Numbered from the stretch's first letter, positions 48,418 to 56,475 are shown. The stretch: 64,000 nt of DNA from Candidatus Enterousia sp. (GCA_045643965.1 JAZRGB010000023.1:12137-76136), one strand, 5' to 3'. Program-made: numbers and translations. The notes: generated by a model from the letters alone, not told the origin.

Positions 48418-50007
48418 ATGTATATAAACAGAATTTTTACTTATTTAATTTCAGTCTTTGTTTTAACAGGCTGTGCGGGCAAATTAACCCAAGATGCAAA
48501 TTGGTCTGTATCTGATGATACAGTTGTGGGTCACCCATCTAATCTGGAACACGGTCCGTTTTCAAACATGTACGGCACATTTACAGACGACGCACATAAT
48601 ATTGCAGTACTGTTACCATTATCTGGCACATCTGCATCTGCAGGCAAGACAATCCGCACATCTGTTGAAATAGCAGTACTGGAAAGCAGTGCTCAAAATC
48701 TGTCTGTATCATTTTATGACACCGCATCTGATGCAAAAACATCAATTGATACCGCATTGGCATCAAATCCAGATGTTATAATTGGCCCACTGTTTGCCAA
48801 AGACGCATATGATTTACGCAAATCAAAGCCATCTGAAACACCTGCTATATCATTTACATCTGATGCGACTGCGGTTGGTGATGGTGTTTTAAGCGTTGCA
48901 TTAATGCCAAACAATGGTGTCGAAGAAATCGTCAAACAAATTAAATCTGACGATATCAAGAAATTCATTATTATCGCCCCCGACACAAAATCAGGTCATT
49001 TAATGGCAGGCACCGCAAAATCGGCTGCCCAAATTTATGAAATGCCATTAATTGGAATATTCTTTTACACAGAAAAAGATTCCGATTCCATTAAAAATGC
49101 CGCAATGTCTGCATCAATGTATAATGCACGAACAACCGCACACACACGTGCACGTCAGGTTATATCTGATGTCTTGACTGGTGAAACATTAACTCCTATT
49201 GAAAAATCAAACTTAAACACCCAACTGGAAAAACTGGAAAAAACAGAAACAGTTGGCAACGTACCGTATGACGGAATTTTATTCTTAGGCAACGGTGAAG
49301 ACACCAAGGCACTGGCATCCTTTCTGCGTTATTACAATGTTGGTGCACGCGACGCCGCATTTTATGGAACAACAATGTGGGACGGATCAGATATCGCATC
49401 TGATTACACGTTAAGCGGTGCAAAATACGCCACAATGCCACAAACAAAACCAGAATTTACAGCATTATATGAACAAGTATCTGGCACAACACCAAATCGA
49501 CTGGCCAGTTTTGGATACGACGCAACCAACATGGCGATTAATATGCTGGCATCCAACAAATCTAAATCTGCATATTTATTAGACCCCAGCGGTTACATCG
49601 GAACAGACGGTCTGTTCAGATTAAAACCAAATGGCGACAACGAACGTGCATTACGCATAATGCAGTTGAACGGTTCTGGCACACCAACTGAAATCCGCCC
49701 TGCACCAACCAGTTTTATGATACCATTGTATAACATTGAACAGAAACGCATTGAACCAGCAAATGCAATGGACATGGAAACATCTGGCATTGACCCAGAC
49801 GATTATATTCGTCTGCCAGAAAGATTGCGTGATAAATATCGCAGCAAAACAATCGGTGCAAACACAAAACAAGAATCAACACCAATTCCAACAAATATCG
49901 TTACAATAGAATCAGACAACACATCTATAAAATCATCTGAATTTAAACCTGTAAAATTGGAATCTGTTAAACGCACATACATCGAAGAATACGAAATCGA
50001 AGAATAA
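48418..50007 (+). CDS. LppC/LpoA-family lipoprotein (penicillin-binding-protein-activator-like, periplasmic-binding-protein fold)
   Basis: ORF 48364..50007. Start chosen at MYINRIFTYLISVFVLTGC (lipobox). A periplasmic-binding-protein type-1-like segment (IAVLLPLSGTSASAGK) is present. The gene is divergent from rsmI, as in the rsmI-lpoA/lppC synteny. Confidence 0.5.
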   Translation: MYINRIFTYLISVFVLTGCAGKLTQDANWSVSDDTVVGHPSNLEHGPFSNMYGTFTDDAHNIAVLLPLSGTSASAGKTIRTSVEIAVLESSAQNLSVSFYDTASDAKTSIDTALASNPDVIIGPLFAKDAYDLRKSKPSETPAISFTSDATAVGDGVLSVALMPNNGVEEIVKQIKSDDIKKFIIIAPDTKSGHLMAGTAKSAAQIYEMPLIGIFFYTEKDSDSIKNAAMSASMYNARTTAHTRARQVISDVLTGETLTPIEKSNLNTQLEKLEKTETVGNVPYDGILFLGNGEDTKALASFLRYYNVGARDAAFYGTTMWDGSDIASDYTLSGAKYATMPQTKPEFTALYEQVSGTTPNRLASFGYDATNMAINMLASNKSKSAYLLDPSGYIGTDGLFRLKPNGDNERALRIMQLNGSGTPTEIRPAPTSFMIPLYNIEQKRIEPANAMDMETSGIDPDDYIRLPERLRDKYRSKTIGANTKQESTPIPTNIVTIESDNTSIKSSEFKPVKLESVKRTYIEEYEIEE

Positions 50008-50693
50008 TGAAAAAACTATTAATTTGGGATTTTGATGGTGTTATTGCAGACAGTGAAAAATTATGGGTACAATCTTGGATTGAAGTTTTAAAAACAGAAA
50101 AAAACATTGTATTAACAGATTCTGAAATCAAAGATTTATTAGTCGGCGTTTCCGACAAAACGCGTTGTCAAAGACTTGAAAAACATATATCAAATTTAAT
50201 TCTTGATAACGAATTTATGCAAAAAATTCATGAAAAAGAATATTATCTGGGCAGTAATTTTATGACTGCTATTAATGGTGTTGAAAACGTAATGGCAAAC
50301 ACATATTTTGAACATTGTATTGCCACAGGTGCGACATCAGAACAACATCAATGGAAAATGAAACAATTTGAATGGATACGAAAATACATGTCTGACCAAG
50401 ACTTTTTCACCGTTGACATGGTAACACATGGCAAACCTGCACCAGACTTATTTTTATTGGCGGCAAAAACAAAGAAATATCATCCATCAGATTGCATCGT
50501 TATTGGCGACAGTGTAAACGATTTTATGGCTGCAAAATCTGCAAACATGGATTGTATTGCGTTTGTTGGTGCCACAGGTAATAACACCGATGAATATATA
50601 AACAAATGTAAAACTTATGATATTTTTGATATCTGCGACAATATGGATTCAGTAAACACAGCGATAAACAGATGGTTAAAAAACAAAATTTGA
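50007..50693 (+). CDS. HAD-superfamily hydrolase (beta-phosphoglucomutase-like subfamily)
   Basis: LIWDFDGVIADSE motif I, and …GDSVNDFMAAKSANM… motif IV. Its start overlaps the upstream stop (TAATG). Confidence 0.75.
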   Translation: MKKLLIWDFDGVIADSEKLWVQSWIEVLKTEKNIVLTDSEIKDLLVGVSDKTRCQRLEKHISNLILDNEFMQKIHEKEYYLGSNFMTAINGVENVMANTYFEHCIATGATSEQHQWKMKQFEWIRKYMSDQDFFTVDMVTHGKPAPDLFLLAAKTKKYHPSDCIVIGDSVNDFMAAKSANMDCIAFVGATGNNTDEYINKCKTYDIFDICDNMDSVNTAINRWLKNKI

Positions 50694-50716
50694 TAAATTA
50701 ACAAAGGTGGCAGATT

Positions 50717-51445
50717 ATGGCTATTATACTTGGCGGTGGTGGACATGGGGAACAAACCGTTATTACAAACAAGTTATTTGAAAGTTTAATAGATTCAAAC
50801 AAACCGATTTTATATATTCCTTTGGCGTGGGAACACTATGACGAAGGTTATCAAAATTGTAAAAAGTTTTTAATTGGCGAATTTAGTAACATCAAACATG
50901 GCGAAATAGAAGTTATACAATCTGCAGACGAAATTTTAGATAAAAATTTATTTGATTATTCTGCTATTTTTATCGGCGGTGGAAATACCTATAAATTATT
51001 AAAAAATTTGAAAGACAGTGGTGCATTCGAAAAAATAAAACAATATACCGACAACGGTGGCATTGTTTATGGTGGCAGTGCTGGTGCCGCAATATTTGGC
51101 AAAGATATTAATTCTATTTTTTATATGGATACAAATAATGTCGATTTAAAAGACACCAGCGGATTTAATTCACTATTTGGATTTTCACTTACTGCACACT
51201 ATACAAATCAAAGTGAAGAGAATCATAAACACGCCACAGAATATATAACAAAATATTCTATGCACGAACCAATAATCGCATTACCAGAAGAAGACAGTCT
51301 TTATACAGATGGGAAAATTGTAAAAATAGTTGGGTCAAGACCATGGTATATTTTCAACAATGGTAAAAATCAACAATCAGCACCGAACGTTGAATACACA
51401 CGTGATGAATTTATCAATATTGTAAAAACCACCAGCAATACCTAA
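50717..51445 (+). CDS. Peptidase E / S51-family dipeptidase
   Basis: IFIGGGNTYKLLKNL … YGGSAGAAIFG (catalytic Ser in GGSAG). 242 aa. Confidence 0.7.
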   Translation: MAIILGGGGHGEQTVITNKLFESLIDSNKPILYIPLAWEHYDEGYQNCKKFLIGEFSNIKHGEIEVIQSADEILDKNLFDYSAIFIGGGNTYKLLKNLKDSGAFEKIKQYTDNGGIVYGGSAGAAIFGKDINSIFYMDTNNVDLKDTSGFNSLFGFSLTAHYTNQSEENHKHATEYITKYSMHEPIIALPEEDSLYTDGKIVKIVGSRPWYIFNNGKNQQSAPNVEYTRDEFINIVKTTSNT

Positions 51446-51475
51446 ACACACCTGCCCTATTAACATAATCACAGA

Positions 51476-51504
51476 AAAACCGACCATAAAGGTCGGTTTA
51501 TGTT
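51476..51504 (+). terminator. Rho-independent terminator of the peptidase E gene
   Basis: aaaaaccgaccataaaggtcggtttatgttt. Confidence 0.7.
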
Positions 51505-51522
51505 TCTGGTGGGAGTGGCTGG
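51503..51522. repeat. 20-bp direct repeat copy of the tRNA-Tyr-like 3' end (tttctggtgggagtggctgg)
   Basis: Identical 20-mer at 51503-51522 and 51746-51765. The second copy is the 3' acceptor/T-stem end of the minus-strand tRNA-Tyr-like gene. This is an att-site-like duplication. Confidence 0.7.
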
Positions 51523-51715
51523 GGCCCTCGATACACAATAATTAAAATCAAAAAAATCTTGTTCCGGCGATTTTTTAAGATTTTTATAATTGTATATTCT
51601 CGTATTCGCTCGGCATAAATGCCTGCGCGGCAACCGTAACGATTTTGCTTCGCTTTACTCGCAAAATCTACTTGTTGTCGAACGTGCATCTAACCCATAA
51701 GCCACGTCCACAGAA

Positions 51716-51746
51716 ACAAAAAACACCCCAAACGGGGTGTTTTTTA
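51716..51746 (-). terminator. Rho-independent terminator downstream of the tRNA genes (also functional-looking on the plus strand)
   Basis: aaaaaacaccccaaacggggtgttttttatt. Confidence 0.7.
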
Positions 51747-51749
51747 TTT

Positions 51750-51825
51750 CTGGTGGGAGTGGCTGGATTCGAACCAGCTCAGGCTTAAGCCAACAGATTT
51801 ACAGTCTGCCCCGGCTCTCCAACTC
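51750..51825 (-). tRNA. tRNA-Tyr(GTA)-like gene, 3' two-thirds canonical, 5' acceptor/D-arm region not canonical (possibly truncated or pseudo)
   Basis: The minus-strand sequence reads …gcaga CTGTAAA tctgt | tggcttaagcc (long variable arm) | gctgg TTCGAAT ccagc | cactccc A CCA. The anticodon GTA, class-II variable arm and T-arm are canonical. Only about 17 nt precede the anticodon stem, too few for an acceptor strand plus D-arm. The candidate 5' strand ggagttg pairs imperfectly with the 3' strand. Confidence 0.45.
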
Positions 51826-51843
51826 CGGCGCACGCCCAATCCT

Positions 51844-51917
51844 TGGTGCGGGCAGCGGGAATCGAACCCGCATTTCAAGCTTGGAAGGCTTGCATACTAG
51901 CCTTTGTACTATGCCCG
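51844..51917 (-). tRNA. tRNA-Gly(TCC)
   Basis: GCGGGCA TA GTAC AAAGGCTA GTAT G CAAGC CTTCCAA GCTTG AAAT GCGGG TTCGATT CCCGC TGCCCGC A CCA. All stems pair. Anticodon TCC. The 3' CCA is encoded. Confidence 0.85.
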
Positions 51918-51999
51918 CAACAAAATCAAAGCCCAGTGATTATATAATAAATGAAATCAAAATCAAGACATTTTTTACCAAAACAACATAATTAGCAAA

Positions 52000-52107
52000 G
52001 AAATTAAAGATAATGATTTAGATAAAAACAAATCGGGAATCGTAGTGTACAAACGCTACATGAATTGACCGGTACTGCTTTTAGATAAATTATTATCGGC
52101 AATTTTT
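52000..52107. repeat. Palindromic hairpin element (E6), type-II left terminus, degenerate (non-complementary right arm)
   Basis: gaaattaaagataatgatttagataaaa | arm acaaatcgggaatc | core GTAGTGTACAAACGCTACATGAATTG (52042-52067) | accggtactg | cttttagataaattattatcggcaattttt. Confidence 0.6.
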
Positions 52108-52109
52108 TA

Positions 52110-52213
52110 GAAATAAATTAGAATAGTTTAGATAAAAGTAGTGCCGGCAATGTAGTGTACAGACGCTACATAAATTGCCGGCACCGCTTTTAGATAAATT
52201 ATTATAATTTATT
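52110..52213. repeat. Palindromic hairpin element (E7), type-I termini
   Basis: gaaataaattagaatagtttagataaaa | stem gtagtgccggcaat / attgccggcaccgc | core GTAGTGTACAGACGCTACATAAAT (52152-52175) | ttttagataaattattataatttatttt. It abuts the stop codon (tta 52214-16) of the small Cys-rich gene. Confidence 0.75.
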
Positions 52214-52489
52214 TTATTTGATTGGCGGGAAACAATCACCCCCACTCTCTGGACAACAGTTATATCCTAAATCACCCATGTTGGTATAAACTTCACCAAC
52301 ACAACAACCATTTTTATCTGGTGTTGTGCCATCAAGACATTTCAACGATGGACCAAATGAAAACATATCAATATTTGCATATACTAAAATACCAAACATT
52401 GCACCCAACACAAAAGAAACAACCAAGGAAACCCATGATGTTGTTTTACTTGTTTTTTTCATTGTTGATTTTTTTGTAACTTTTTTCAT
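52214..52489 (-). CDS. Small membrane-anchored protein with a C-terminal 7-Cys module (paralog of 52503..53060)
   Basis: A basic N-terminus plus TM helix (WVSLVVSFVLGAMFGILVYA), then CLDGTTPDKNGCCVGEVYTNMGDLGYNCCPESGGDCFPPIK. The motif is shared with the neighbouring gene. Confidence 0.6.
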   Translation of the reverse strand: MKKVTKKSTMKKTSKTTSWVSLVVSFVLGAMFGILVYANIDMFSFGPSLKCLDGTTPDKNGCCVGEVYTNMGDLGYNCCPESGGDCFPPIK

Positions 52490-52502
52490 ATTTTCTATCC
52501 TC

Positions 52503-53060
52503 TTATTCTATTGGCGGAAAACATTCACCATCCCCAGACTTTGGACAACATGCAAAAACAGAATTACCAAGGTCTTTAAAGACTTCACCTGTGCAACAAC
52601 CAAACTTGTTTGGTTTTGTTCCATCAACACACAAACCCGCATCCAAATTTGCCAATTCTTGTTCCAACAATGCTTCTTCATCGATTTCTTCTGTTTCTTC
52701 TGCGACAAATTCTTCGTCTTCGACGGCTACTTCTGCCGCTGTTGTTACGACATCAGATTTTGTTTCTGTAACTGTTTCTTCTGCAACCTCTTCTGGGGTT
52801 GTAACAGTTGCAGCAACAACAGTATTTTTCACCGCAGACGACTTACGTTTTGCTGCACTGCGTGAACACTTGCTGCGATAATCTGTCTTTAATTTATCCA
52901 ATTCTGCGATTTCGTCTTCTGTTGGTTCTTCGACAGCAGACAATTCTGTAATTTTCGCCTGAATATCTGCACAAGACACACGTTCTGCAACATTTGGTGT
53001 ATCTTCTGCAAATGCACCTGTCGCAGTAATTAATCCAATTAACGCAATCAATATTTTCAT
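52503..53060 (-). CDS. Secreted acidic protein with a C-terminal 7-Cys module (paralog of 52214..52489)
   Basis: Signal peptide MKILIALIGLITATGAFA, a Glu/Thr/Val-rich acidic linker, then CVDGTKPNKFGCCTGEVFKDLGNSVFACCPKSGDGECFPPIE. Confidence 0.6.
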   Translation of the reverse strand: MKILIALIGLITATGAFAEDTPNVAERVSCADIQAKITELSAVEEPTEDEIAELDKLKTDYRSKCSRSAAKRKSSAVKNTVVAATVTTPEEVAEETVTETKSDVVTTAAEVAVEDEEFVAEETEEIDEEALLEQELANLDAGLCVDGTKPNKFGCCTGEVFKDLGNSVFACCPKSGDGECFPPIE

Positions 53061-53073
53061 ATGATGTACCTTT

Positions 53074-53820
53074 TTAGTGTTCGTTTATGATTTTTTCGAC
53101 TTCCAGAATAAAATCTATCGCAGGATTTGTTAATTTTTTTGCAGTTTCAAAAATTTCTTCTGCGGCAGCTTGCATATTTAAACGTTTATACGTTTCAACA
53201 ACTTCGATTGTTTCTTCATTGTTAAATTCATCGTCTTGCAATGCACGTGCAATTTCCAATTCTTGCTTTGCCAGTTCAACATATTTTGCTTTGTTTTCAT
53301 CACAGCCACGTTCTGACAAGTTTGCATAAATTTTTGCACGTGTAATACGTTGATATGGTGGCATAGAAGTATATTCTTCTGGTAATTTGTCTAATAATGA
53401 TGCTTCTATTTTTTGACATGTTGTTTGTGCATCATTCTGTCCACCCAACGCAGCAACTATTTCCATTTCACGTGATATTGCAGCACGATACACACCTTTA
53501 TTCTGTGGACAACCATGCTGGAACAATGTTTCATAAATTCGAATATTGTCTTTATGATATTCTATATTACTTGAATTTTCATCATTCAAATACCCCAACT
53601 GAATTTCTTCGATAATGGCACAAGTTTCTTTTTGCTGATTCTGTTGTAATTCTGTTGCGTCCTGAACCAATGCTTGTTTTGGTTTTTCAGTGTTATATCC
53701 AATTCCCATACCAACCATAACACCACACACAAACAGCATTATCAGTGCCAACCAACCCTTGATTTTCTGTGAACGTGTATAAACAACTTTATAAACTTTC
53801 TTAGATTGTTTTTTTGCCAT
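53074..53820 (-). CDS. Hypothetical membrane-anchored protein with two ~60-aa internal repeats
   Basis: ORF 53074..53868. Start chosen at MAKKQSKK, with SD ggagagg upstream. The TM helix is WLALIMLFVCGVMVGMGIGY. Repeats are (…IYETLFQHGCPQNKGVYRAAISREMEIVAAL…) and (…IYANLSERGCDENKAKYVELAKQELEIARAL…). Confidence 0.55.
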   Translation of the reverse strand: MAKKQSKKVYKVVYTRSQKIKGWLALIMLFVCGVMVGMGIGYNTEKPKQALVQDATELQQNQQKETCAIIEEIQLGYLNDENSSNIEYHKDNIRIYETLFQHGCPQNKGVYRAAISREMEIVAALGGQNDAQTTCQKIEASLLDKLPEEYTSMPPYQRITRAKIYANLSERGCDENKAKYVELAKQELEIARALQDDEFNNEETIEVVETYKRLNMQAAAEEIFETAKKLTNPAIDFILEVEKIINEH

Positions 53821-53851
53821 AATTTCCCCTCTCCTATTTTCTGCTATTATA

Positions 53852-54562
53852 CTATTGAACAACGCCATTGTGAATAGTTATTTTTCTATCTGCTCTGTCT
53901 GCCAATGACATATCATGTGTAACAAACAGCATTGCCATTTTATTTTTACGCACAATATCCAACAACAAATCAAACACGGCACCTGCATGTTGCGGATCCA
54001 AATTACCTGTTGGTTCATCAGCCAATAATATATCAGGATTATTTGCCAACGCACGTGCCAACGCAGTTCGCTGTTGTTCACCGCCACTCATTTCCCCTGG
54101 ATGATGCGATGCACGATGTGCAACATTTGTTGCCTTTAATAATTTTATTGCACGTGTATTTGCAGTATCTTCGTCCATACCATTTGCCAACATTGGCAAG
54201 ACAACATTTTCCAGTGCTGTAAAATCAGATAACAAATTATGTTTTTGATATACAAAACCAATTTTATTTCTGCGTATTTTTGTACGCATATCTTCGTCCA
54301 TTTTATGTACAGGTGCCCCAGAAATAACAATACTGCCACCACTTGGCTTATCCAGCAACCCAACACACTGTAACAACGTAGATTTACCACATCCAGACTG
54401 TCCAACCAAGGCAATTATTTCCCCACGATGCAAATCAAAACCACCACCACGTAAAATATGCAATGGTTGACCGCCTTCGATAAAGGTCTTTTTAATATCA
54501 CGCACCGACAGAACGACATCACCCTGCTTTACCCGTGACAAAGAATTTAAAATATTCGCCAT
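53852..54562 (-). CDS. lolD: Lipoprotein-releasing system ATP-binding protein LolD
   Basis: GEIIALVGQSGCGKSTLL Walker A, LSGGEQQRTALARAL signature, and the LolD-specific region. 236 aa. Confidence 0.85.
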   Translation of the reverse strand: MANILNSLSRVKQGDVVLSVRDIKKTFIEGGQPLHILRGGGFDLHRGEIIALVGQSGCGKSTLLQCVGLLDKPSGGSIVISGAPVHKMDEDMRTKIRRNKIGFVYQKHNLLSDFTALENVVLPMLANGMDEDTANTRAIKLLKATNVAHRASHHPGEMSGGEQQRTALARALANNPDILLADEPTGNLDPQHAGAVFDLLLDIVRKNKMAMLFVTHDMSLADRADRKITIHNGVVQ

Positions 54563-55219
54563 TTATTCTTTTTCCTTACCTTGATTTTTCTTCATTAAAT
54601 ACTCGTTCACTTGTTTTTGCAATAACGCCCTATTATCTGGACATAATATATACTCTAAACGTACGCCTATCTTGTCTAAAACAATTCTTAATTGTTTCTG
54701 TTCATTATGATCAGACTCTGCTTGTTCATAACTTCTATTTATAAAATAAGATATTTCTTCTGGTCCAAAACCATACAGGGCCCCTCTTAAAAAATTGCTT
54801 TTAGCAATCTCATCATCCGGAACATTTACAATTGATAGTTCTGGATTATTTTCTTGTACCCATTTAAAATGTTTATCAAGAAACTCTAAATATTTTGTTC
54901 TTTGACTTGCCCGATATTTTTCCACAACATCCAGTTCTTCATCAGACAAGTCCCCCCTATCCACACAGCCAATTTGAATCAAGTCTTTAATAGTGGGATA
55001 CTTAAAGACAAAAAAATCAATCTTTCCTGATTCTATTTCAAATTTTTCAGGAGGCATTCCACCTGGCAACTTATATTGAAACCATAACCTTTTTGGAAAT
55101 TTAATTCCCAGCCTTGCCAAATCCGTTTCTAATATTTGTGCAGAAGAATTATACCCACCACCAACATTTGCAAACTGCAACATACAAGCATTCAAAAAAA
55201 GCATTAATTTTTTATTCAT
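54563..55219 (-). CDS. Hypothetical periplasmic protein/lipoprotein encoded between lolC and lolD
   Basis: 218 aa with signal peptide MNKKLMLFLNACMLQFA (possible lipobox LNAC). It abuts the lolD start with a 0-nt gap and overlaps the lolC stop by 8 nt. No similarity to LolA or LolB is recognisable by eye. Confidence 0.55.
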   Translation of the reverse strand: MNKKLMLFLNACMLQFANVGGGYNSSAQILETDLARLGIKFPKRLWFQYKLPGGMPPEKFEIESGKIDFFVFKYPTIKDLIQIGCVDRGDLSDEELDVVEKYRASQRTKYLEFLDKHFKWVQENNPELSIVNVPDDEIAKSNFLRGALYGFGPEEISYFINRSYEQAESDHNEQKQLRIVLDKIGVRLEYILCPDNRALLQKQVNEYLMKKNQGKEKE

Positions 55220-56465
55220 TACGTAATACCTCTACCGGGTCTGTATTTGCGGCCTTCCATGCAGGATACAATGTTGCCAAGAATGCCAACGCAACTGCAA
55301 TTAATGCAATTCCCAATACATCTGTCCATACCAGTTTAGATGGTAACTCAGACAAATAATACAATTCCGCAGGAAACAAATCACGCCCTGTTAACCATTG
55401 GAAAAACTGTCTGATTGGTTCGATATAAATCGCAATCACAACCCCCAGAATTGTTCCAAAAAACGCACCAATAACACCGATTGATGTACCCGACAAAACA
55501 AATATCTTCATCATCGATTTACGCGACACGCCAAACGTACGCAGCACTGCGATATCTTTGTTTTTATCTTTAACCAACATAACCAATGACGACACAATAT
55601 TAAACGCAGCCACAATTACAATCAGCAACAAGATTAAAAACATAACATTTGATTCAACCTGTAACGCACCAACAAAACCACGATTTAAATCACGCCAATC
55701 ACGAACAACGAAACCGTCCGGCAACAAACGTCCAAGTGCAGATGCAACATCTGTTGTGTCTTCTGGGTTTTTCAAGAACAAATCAATATGCGTAACAGAA
55801 TTTGGAATATTCAAATATTTTTGTGCTGTTTCCAACGGCATAAATATATACCCAGAATCATATTCATACATACCCATAAAGAACGAACTTTTTACTGGAT
55901 ACGACATAATCCGTGGCATTGATCCAAATGGGGTTGGTGTTGCACCATTTGCAGACACTAATGAAATATTATCCCCCATACCAACACGCAACGCACGTGT
56001 CAGCGATGCCCCCGCAACCAATTCGCCATCTGTGATTGCAGATAAATCTTTACCATAAATACGTGTTCCTGTTTTTGTTTTGGCTGCTAAATCAGACATA
56101 CGAATACCACGAACCATTGCACCTGTATTATTACCATTTGCAGTTGCCATAACCTGACCTTCAGCAATTGGAACAATACCTGTTATATTTTCTGCAACAA
56201 TCTTGTTTTGTTTCATCTTGTCAATCAAGAAATCAAAGTCTGATATCGCACCATCTTGATGATAAACAACAACATGCCCGTTCATACCAACAATACGTCC
56301 CAACAACGTATCATGAAAACCACCCATAACAGACATTACAACAATCAACGTTGCAACACCCAGCATAATACCAATCAAAGACACCCACGAAATAACAGAA
56401 CCAAAACCACGTTTTTTGGCACCCAAATATCTAAAAGCTATTTTTCTTTCCAGTTTTGAAAACAT
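55212..56465 (-). CDS. lolC: Lipoprotein-releasing system transmembrane protein LolC/LolE
   Basis: FtsX-like permease with a MacB-like periplasmic domain. N-terminus MFSKLERKIAFRYLGAKKRGFGSVISWVSLIGIMLGVATL is typical of LolC/E. Confidence 0.85.
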   Translation of the reverse strand: MFSKLERKIAFRYLGAKKRGFGSVISWVSLIGIMLGVATLIVVMSVMGGFHDTLLGRIVGMNGHVVVYHQDGAISDFDFLIDKMKQNKIVAENITGIVPIAEGQVMATANGNNTGAMVRGIRMSDLAAKTKTGTRIYGKDLSAITDGELVAGASLTRALRVGMGDNISLVSANGATPTPFGSMPRIMSYPVKSSFFMGMYEYDSGYIFMPLETAQKYLNIPNSVTHIDLFLKNPEDTTDVASALGRLLPDGFVVRDWRDLNRGFVGALQVESNVMFLILLLIVIVAAFNIVSSLVMLVKDKNKDIAVLRTFGVSRKSMMKIFVLSGTSIGVIGAFFGTILGVVIAIYIEPIRQFFQWLTGRDLFPAELYYLSELPSKLVWTDVLGIALIAVALAFLATLYPAWKAANTDPVEVLRNE

Positions 56466-56475
56466 TAAAATTTCC

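Noticed and set aside
51498-51689. 63-aa minus ORF in the segment between the tRNA-end direct repeats
   Set aside because: It has no RBS, is Arg/Ile-rich, is in junk-like composition and overlaps terminator hairpins. It is more likely non-coding, with a possible sRNA or remnant DNA there instead.
51750-51825. Interpreting the tRNA-like element as the tRNA-like domain of a permuted alphaproteobacterial tmRNA
   Set aside because: It contains a bona fide anticodon arm with a GTA anticodon and a class-II variable arm. These are absent from tmRNA acceptor pieces. No tag-peptide reading frame or pseudoknot region is evident nearby.
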